Source: Eledone cirrhosa (Eukaryota). Taken from it: DNA of 64,000 nucleotides. This document shows, piece after piece, positions 56,001 to 64,000 of the stretch. The notes under the pieces were generated by a model. The model had not been told where the DNA came from, did not search any database, and was given only the letters and a program-made list of their open reading frames with translations. Within the stretch, counting starts at the first letter, position 1. Each line of letters starts with the position of its first letter. The DNA lies in the NCBI GenBank assembly GCA_964016885.1, contig OZ024751.1:45942001-46006000 (forward strand). Reading direction: 5' to 3'. The position numbers were made by a program, and so were the translations under genes.

Positions 56001-58681
56001 GGTGTGTATGGAGTCCTCTATGACAATACAACTAACTGTAGGGTGTGTATGGAGTCCTCTATGACAATACAACTAACTGTAGGCTGTGTATGGAGTCCTC
56101 TATGACAATACAACTAACTGTAGACTGTGTATGGAGTCCTCTATGGCAATACAACTAACTGTAGGCTGTGTATGGAGTCCTCTATGACAATACACCTAAT
56201 TGTAGACTGTGTATGGAGTCCTCTATGACAATACAACTAACTGTAGGGTGTGTATGGAGTCCTCTATGACAATACAACTAACTGTAGGGTGTGTATGGAG
56301 TCCTCTATGACAATACAACTAACTGTAGACTGTGTATGGAGTCATCTATGGCAATACAACTAACTGTAGGCTGTGTATGGAGTCCTCTATGACAAAAAAC
56401 CTAACTGTAGGCTGTGTATGGAGTCCTCTATGACAATACAACTAACTGTAGGCTGTGTATGGAGTCCTCTATGACAATACAACTAACTGTAGGGTGTGTA
56501 TGGAGTCCTCTATGACAATACAACTAACTGTAGGGTGTGTATGGAGTCCTCTATGACAATACAACTAACTGTAGGGTGTGTATGGAGTCCTCTATGAAAA
56601 TATAACTAACTGTAGGGTCTGTATGGAGTCCTCTATGACAATACAACTAACTGTAGGGTGTGTATGGAGTCCTGTATGACAATACAACTAACTGTAGGCT
56701 GTGTATGGAGTCCTCTATGAAAATACAACTACCTGTAGGGTCTGTATGGAGTCCTCTATGACAATACAACAAACTGTAGGCTGTGTGTGGAGTCCTCTAT
56801 GACAATACAACTAACTGTAGCGTGTGTATGGAGTCCTCTATGACAATACAACTAACTGTAGGCTTTGTATGGAGTCCTCTATGGCAATACAACTAACTGT
56901 AGGCTGTGTATGGAGTCCTCTATGACAATACAACTAACTGTAGGGTGTGTATGGAGTCCTCTATGACAATACAACTAACTGTAGGCTGTGTATGGAATCC
57001 TCTATGACAATACAACTAACTGTAGGTTGTGTATGGAGTCCTCTATGACAATACAACTAACTGTAGGGTGTGTATGGAGTCCTCTATGACAATACAACTA
57101 ACTGTAGGGTGTGTATGGAGTCCTCTATGACAATACAACTAACTGTAGGCTGTGTATGGAGTCCTCTATGACAATACAACTAACTGTAGGCTGTGTATGG
57201 AGTCCTCTATGGCAATACAACTAACTGTAGGCTGTGTATGGAGTCCTCTATGACAATACAACTAACTGTAGACTGTGTATGGAGTCCTCTATGACAATAC
57301 AACTAACTGTAGGGTGTGTATGGAGTCCTCTATGACAATACAACAAACTGTAGGCTGTGTATGGAGTCCTCTATGACAATACAACAAACTGTAGGCTGTG
57401 TATGGAGTCCTCTATGAAAATACAACTAACTGTAGGGTGTGTATGGAGTCCTCTATGACAATACAACTAACTGTAGGCTGTGTATGGAATCCTCTATGGC
57501 AATACAACTAACTGTAGGGTGTGTATGGAGTCCTCTATGAAAATACAACTAACTGTAGGGTGTGTATGGAGTCCTCTATGACAATACAACTAACTGTAGG
57601 CTGTGTATGGAGTCCTCTGTGACAATACAACTAACTGTAGGCTGTGTATGGAGTCCTCTATGAAAATACAACTAACTGTAGGGTGTGTATGGAGTCCTCT
57701 ATGACAATACAACTAACTGTACGCTGTGTATGGAGTCCTCTATGAAAATACAACTAACTGTAGGGTGTGTATGGAGTCCTCTATGACAATACAACTAACT
57801 GTAGGGTGTGTATGGAGTCCTCTATGACAATACAACTAACTGTAGGCTGTGTCTGGAGTCCTCTATGACAATACAACTAACTGTATCGTGTGTATGGAGT
57901 CCTCTATGACAATACAACTAACTGTAGGCTTTGTATGGAGTCCTCTATGGCAATACAACTAACTGTAGGCTGTGTATGGAGTCCTCTATGACAATACAAC
58001 TAACTGTAGGGTGTGTATGGAGTCCTCTATGACAATACAACTAACTGTAGGCTGTGTATGGAATCCTCTATGACAATACAACTAACTGTAGGTTGTGTAT
58101 GGAGTCCTCTATGACAATACAACTAACTGTAGGGTGTGTATGGAGTCCTCTATGACAATACAACTAACTGTAGGGTGTGTATGGAGTCCTCTATGACAAT
58201 ACAACTAACTGTACGCTGTGTATGGAGTCCTCTATGAAAATACAACTAACTGTAGGGTGTGTATGGAGTCCTCTATGAGAATACAACTAACTGTAGGGTG
58301 TGTATGGAGTCCTCTATGGCAATACAACTAACTGTAGACTGTGTATGGAGTCCTCTATGACAATACAACTAACTGTAGGTTGTGTATGGAGTCCTCTATT
58401 ACAATACAACTAACTGTAGGTTGTGTATGGAGTCCTCTATGACAATACAACTAACTGTAGGTTGTGTATGGAGTCCTCTATGACAATACAACTAACTGTA
58501 GTCTGTGTGTGGAGTCCTCTATGACAATACAACTAACTGTAGGGTCTGTATGGAGTCCTCTATGACAATACAACTAACTGTAGGGTGTGTATGGAGTCCT
58601 CTATGGCAATACAACTAACTGTAGGCTGTGTATGGAGTCCTCTATGACAATACAAGTAACTGTAGGCTGTGTATGGAGTCC

Positions 58682-61600
58682 TCTATGACAATACAACTAA
58701 CTGTAGGGTGTGTATGGAGTCCTCTATGACAATACAACTAACTGTAGGGTGTGTATGGAGTCCTCTATGACAATACACCTAACTGTAGGCTGTGTATGGA
58801 GTCCTCCATGACAATACAACTAACTGTAGGCTGTGTATGGAGTCCTCTATGACAATACAACTAACTGTAGGCTGTGTATGGAGTCCTGCATGACAATACA
58901 ACTAACTGTAGGCTGTGTATGGAGTCCTCTATGACAATACAACTAACTGTAGGCTGTGTATGGAGTCCTCTATGACAATACACCTAACTGTAGGCTGTGT
59001 ATGGAGTCCTCCATGACAATACAACTAACTGTAGGCTGTGTATGGAGTCCTCTATGGCAATACAACTAACTGTAGGCTGTGTATTGAGTCCTCTATGACG
59101 ATAGAACTAACTGTAGGGTGTGTATGGAGTCCTCTATGACAATACAACTAACTGTAGGCTGTGTATGGAGTCCTCTATGACAATACAACTAACTGTAGGC
59201 TGTGTATGGAGTCCTCTATGACAATACAACTAACTGTAGGCTGTGTATGGAGTCCTCTATGACAATACAACAAACTGTAGGCTGTGTATGGAGTCCTCTA
59301 TGACAATACAACTAACTGTAGGGTGTGTATGGAGTCCTCTATGACGATACAACTAACTGTAGGGTGTGTATGGAGTCCTCTATGACAATACAACTAACTG
59401 TAGGCTGTGTATGGAGTCCTCTATGACAATACAATTAACTGTAGGGTGTGTATGTAGTCCTCTATGACAATACAACTAACTGTAGGGTGTGTATGGAGTC
59501 CTCTATGACAATACAACAAACTGTAGGCTGTGTATGGAGTCCTCTATGAAAACACAACTAACTGTAGGGTGTGTATGGAGTCCTCTATGGCAATACAACT
59601 AACTGTAGGCTGTGTATTGAGTCCTCTATGACAATACAACTAACTGTAGGGTGTGTATGGAGTCCTCTATGACAATACAACAAACTGTAGGCTGTGTATG
59701 GAGTCCTCTATGAAAATACAACTAACTGTAGGGTGTGTATGGAGTCCTCGATGACAATACAACTAACTGTAGGGTGTGTATGGAGTCCTCTATGACAATA
59801 CAACTAACTGTAGGGTCTGTATGGAGTCCTCTATGACAATACAACTAACTGTAGGGTGTGTATGGAGTCCTCTATGACAATACAACTAACTGTAGGCTGT
59901 GTATGGAGTCCTCTATGACAATACAACTAACTGTAGGGTGTGTATGGAGTCCTCTATGAAAATACAACTAACTGTAGGGTGTGTATGGAGTCCTCTATGA
60001 CAATACAACTAACTATAGGGTGTGTATGGAGTCCTCTATGAAAATACAACTAACTGTAGGGTGTGTATGGAGTCCTCTATGACAATACAACTAACTGTAG
60101 GCTTTGTATGGAGTCCTCTATGGCAATACAACTAACTGTAGGCTGTGTATGGAGTCCTCTATGACAATACAACTAACTGTAGGGTGTGTATGGAGTCCTC
60201 TATGACAATACAACTAACTGTAGGCTGTGTATGGAATCCTCTATGACAATACAACTAACTGTAGGTTGTGTATGGAGTCCTCTATGACAATACAACTAAC
60301 TGTAGGGTGTGTATGGAGTCCTCTATGACAATACAACTAACTGTAGGGTGTGTATGGAGTCCTCTATGACAATACAACTAACTGTACGCTGTGTATGGAG
60401 TCCTCTATGAAAATACAACTATCTGTAGGGTGTGTATGGAGTCCTCTATGAGAATACAACTAACTGTAGGGTGTGTATGGAGTCCTCTATGGCAATACAA
60501 CTAACTGTAGACTGTGTATGGAGTCCTCTATGACAATACAACTAACTGTAGGTTGTGTATGGAGTCCTCTATGACAATACAACTAACTGTAGGTTGTGTA
60601 TGGAGTCCTCTATGACAATACAACTAACTGTAGGTTGTGTATGGAGTCGTCTATGACAATACAACTAACTGTAGGGTGTGTATGGAGTCCTCTATGACAA
60701 TACAACTAACTGTAGGGTGTGTATGGAGTCCTCTATGACAATACACCTAACTGTAGGCTGTGTATGGAGTCCTCCATGACAATACAACTAACTGTAGGCT
60801 GTGTATGGAGTCCTCTATGACAATACAACTAACTGTAGGCTGTGTATGGAGTCCTCCATGACAATACAACTAACTGTAGGCTGTGTATGGAGTCCTCTAT
60901 GACAATACAACTAACTGTAGGCTGTGTATGGAGTCCTCTATGACAATACACCTAACTGTAGGCTGTGTATGGAGTCCTCCATGACAATACAACTAACTGT
61001 AGGCTGTGTATGGAGTCCTCTATGGCAATACAACTAACTGTAGGCTGTGTATTGAGTCCTCTATGACGATAGAACTAACTGTAGGGTGTGTATGGAGTCC
61101 TCTATGACAATACAACTAACTGTAGGCTGTGTATGGAGTCCTCTATGACAATACAACTAACTGTAGGCTGTGTATGGAGTCCTCTATGACAATACAACTA
61201 ACTGTAGGCTGTGTATGGAGTCCTCTATGACAATACAACAAACTGTAGGCTGTGTATGGAGTCCTCTATGACAATACAACTAACTGTAGGGTGTGTATGG
61301 AGTCCTCTATGACGATACAACTAACTGTAGGGTGTGTATGGAGTCCTCTATGACAATACAACTAACTGTAGGCTGTGTATGGAGTCCTCTATGACAATAC
61401 AATTAACTGTAGGGTGTGTATGTAGTCCTCTATGACAATACAACTAACTGTAGGGTGTGTATGGAGTCCTCTATGACAATACAACAAACTGTAGGCTGTG
61501 TATGGAGTCCTCTATGAAAACACAACTAACTGTAGGGTGTGTATGGAGTCCTCTATGGCAATACAACTAACTGTAGGCTGTGTATTGAGTCCTCTATGAC

Positions 61601-62617
61601 AATACAACTAACTGTAGGGTGTGTATGGAGTCCTCTATGACAATACAACAAACTGTAGGCTGTGTATGGAGTCCTCTATGAAAATACAACTAACTGTAGG
61701 GTGTGTATGGAGTCCTCGATGACAATACAACTAACTGTAGGGTGTGTATGGAGTCCTCTATGACAATACAACTAACTGTAGGGTCTGTATGGAGTCCTCT
61801 ATGACAATACAACTAACTGTAGGGTGTGTATGGAGTCCTCTATGACAATACAACTAACTGTAGGCTGTGTATGGAGTCCTCTATGACAATACAACTAACT
61901 GTAGGGTGTGTATGGAGTCCTCTATGACAATACAACTAACTGTAGGGTGTGTATGGAGTCCTCTATGACAATACAACTAACTATAGGGTGTGTATGGAGT
62001 CCTCTATGAAAATACAACTAACTGTAGGGTGTGTATGGAGTCCTCTATGACAATACAACTAACTGTAGGCTTTGTATGGAGTCCTCTATGGCAATACAAC
62101 TAACTGTAGGCTGTGTATGGAGTCCTCTATGACAATACAACTAACTGTAGGGTGTGTATGGAGTCCTCTATGACAATACAACTAACTGTAGGCTGTGTAT
62201 GGAATCCTCTATGACAATACAACTAACTGTAGGTTGTGTATGGAGTCCTCTATGACAATACAACTAACTGTAGGGTGTGTATGGAGTCCTCTATGACAAT
62301 ACAACTAACTGTAGGGTGTGTATGGAGTCCACTATGACAATACAACTAACTGTACGCTGTGTATGGAGTCCTCTATGAAAATACAACTATCTGTAGGGTG
62401 TGTATGGAGTCCTCTATGAGAATACAACTAACTGTAGGGTGTGTATGGAGTCCTCTATGGCAATACAACTAACTGTAGACTGTGTATGGAGTCCTCTATG
62501 ACAATACAACTAACTGTAGGTTGTGTATGGAGTCCTCTATGACAATACAACTAACTGTAGGTTGTGTATGGAGTCCTCTATGACAATACAACTAACTGTA
62601 GGTTGTGTATGGAGTCG
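58682..62617. repeat. Tandem duplication of 48 units (1,968 bp)
   Basis: TATGTAG units at 59451/61419, CCTCGAT units at 59738/61706 and GTCGTCT units at 60640/62608. The CTATAGG and ACTATCTG variants show the same 1,968-bp offset. Confidence 0.88.
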
Positions 62618-64000
62618 TCTATGACAATACAACTAACTGTAGGCTGTGTATGGAGTCCTCTATGAAAATACAACTAACTGAAGACTGTGTATGGAGTCCT
62701 CTATGACAATACAACTAACTGTAGGGTGTGTATGGAGTCATCTATGACAATACAACTAACTGTAGACTGTGTATGGAGTCCTCTATGACAATACACCTAA
62801 CTGTAGGGTGTGTATGGAGTCCTCCATGACAATACAAGTAACTGTAGGCTGTGTATGGAGTCCTCTATGACAATACAACTAACTGTAGACTGTGTATGGA
62901 GTCCTCTATGACAATACAAGTAACTGTAGGCTGTGTATGGAGTCCTCTATGACAATACAACAAACTGTAGGCTGTGTATGGAGTCCTCTATGAAAATACA
63001 ACTAACTGTAGGGTGTGTATGGAGTCCTCTATGGCAATACAACTAACTGTAGGCTGTGTATTGAGTCCTCTATGACGATAGAACTAACTGTAGGGTGTGT
63101 ATGGAGTCCTCTATGACAATACAACTAACTGTAGGCTGTGTATGGAGTCCTCTATGACAATACAACTAACTGTAGGGTGTGTATGGAGTCCTCTATGACA
63201 ATACAACTAACTGTAGGGTGTGTATGGAGTCCTCTATGACAATACAACAAACTGTAGGCTGTGTATGGAGTCCTCTATGACAATACAACTAACTGTAGGG
63301 TGTGTATGGAGTCCTCTATGACAATACAACTAACTGTAGGGTGTGTATGGAGTCCTCTATGAGAATACAACTAACTGTAGGCTGTGTATGGAGTCCTCTA
63401 TGACAATACAACTAACTGTAGACTGTGTATGGAGTCCTCTATGGCAATACAACTAACTGTAGGCTGTGTATGGAGTCCTCTATGACAATACAACTAACTG
63501 TAGACTGTGTATGGAGTCCTCTATGACAATACAACTAACTGTAGGGTGTGTATGGAGTCCTCTATGACAATACAACAAACTGTAGGCTGTGTATGGAGTC
63601 CTCTATGACAATACAACAAACTGTAGGCTGTGTATGGAGTACTCTATGAAAATACAACTAACTGTAGGGTGTGTATGGAGTCCTCTATGACAATACAACT
63701 AACTGTAGGCTGTGTATGGAATCCTCTATGGCAATATAACTAACTGTAGGGTGTGTATGGAGTCCTCTATGACAATACAACTAACTGTAGGGTGTGTATG
63801 GAGTCCTCTATGACAATACAACTAACTGTAGGGTGTATATGGAGTCCTCTATGACAATACAACTAACTGTACGCTGTGTATGGAGTCCTCTATGAAAATA
63901 CAACTAACTGTAGGGTGTGTATGGAGTCCTCTATGACAATACAACTAACTGCAGGCTGTGTATGGAGTCATCTATGACAATACACCTAACTGTAGGGTGT

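Larger units (their letters stand above)
1..64000. repeat. 41-bp tandem satellite array (about 1,561 copies, truncated by both window edges)
   Basis: Unit TATGGAGTCCTCTATGACAATACAACTAACTGTAGG(C/G)TGTG = 41 nt. Monomer starts fall at 1+41n: every line start at a 2,460-bp (60-unit) interval, from 1, 2461, 4921 to 61501, 63961, begins a monomer. Most units carry 0-2 substitutions, occasionally 3-4. No non-repeat sequence seen. Confidence 0.99.

Noticed and set aside
1-64000. CRISPR array
   Set aside because: Units abut directly with no unique spacers, and no cas genes or leader are present.
1-64000. Telomerase-made telomeric repeat
   Set aside because: The unit is longer than known telomerase repeats, has no overall G-strand bias (9 G versus 8 C), and variants are inherited in kb-scale blocks, which indicates recombinational amplification. 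A subtelomeric location is not excluded.
1-64000. Sequencing or rolling-circle concatemer artefact
   Set aside because: Variants are shared hierarchically between blocks at several different offsets, and there are no random indels. Individual duplications could still be misassembled.
1-64000. The C/G alternation at unit position 37 as a binary code or a fixed-period higher-order repeat
   Set aside because: The pattern is explained by block duplications with variable offsets (25, 45, 48, 64, 96, 123, 151 units). No constant period was seen.

Overview
The whole 64-kb window is one uninterrupted head-to-tail tandem array (satellite DNA) of a 41-bp monomer, consensus TATGGAGTCCTCTATGACAATACAACTAACTGTAGG(C/G)TGTG (about 41% GC, no CpG in the consensus). 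It holds 1,560 complete units plus 40 bp of one more, and continues past both edges. I see no protein-coding gene, RNA gene, transposon or CRISPR array. Register is kept end to end with no net indel. Monomers differ by substitutions from a small recurrent set, and the order of these variants shows nested duplications of about 82 bp to 6.2 kb, always in whole units, plus regional haplotype domains. The monomer itself has three notable features: two imperfect inverted repeats (two variants perfect one of them), an intron-like GTATG...ACTAAC-NN-TAG arrangement, and a TAACTG Myb-type site. The organism is most likely a eukaryote, but I cannot assign the satellite to a named family. All counts and offsets were read by eye and should be confirmed computationally.
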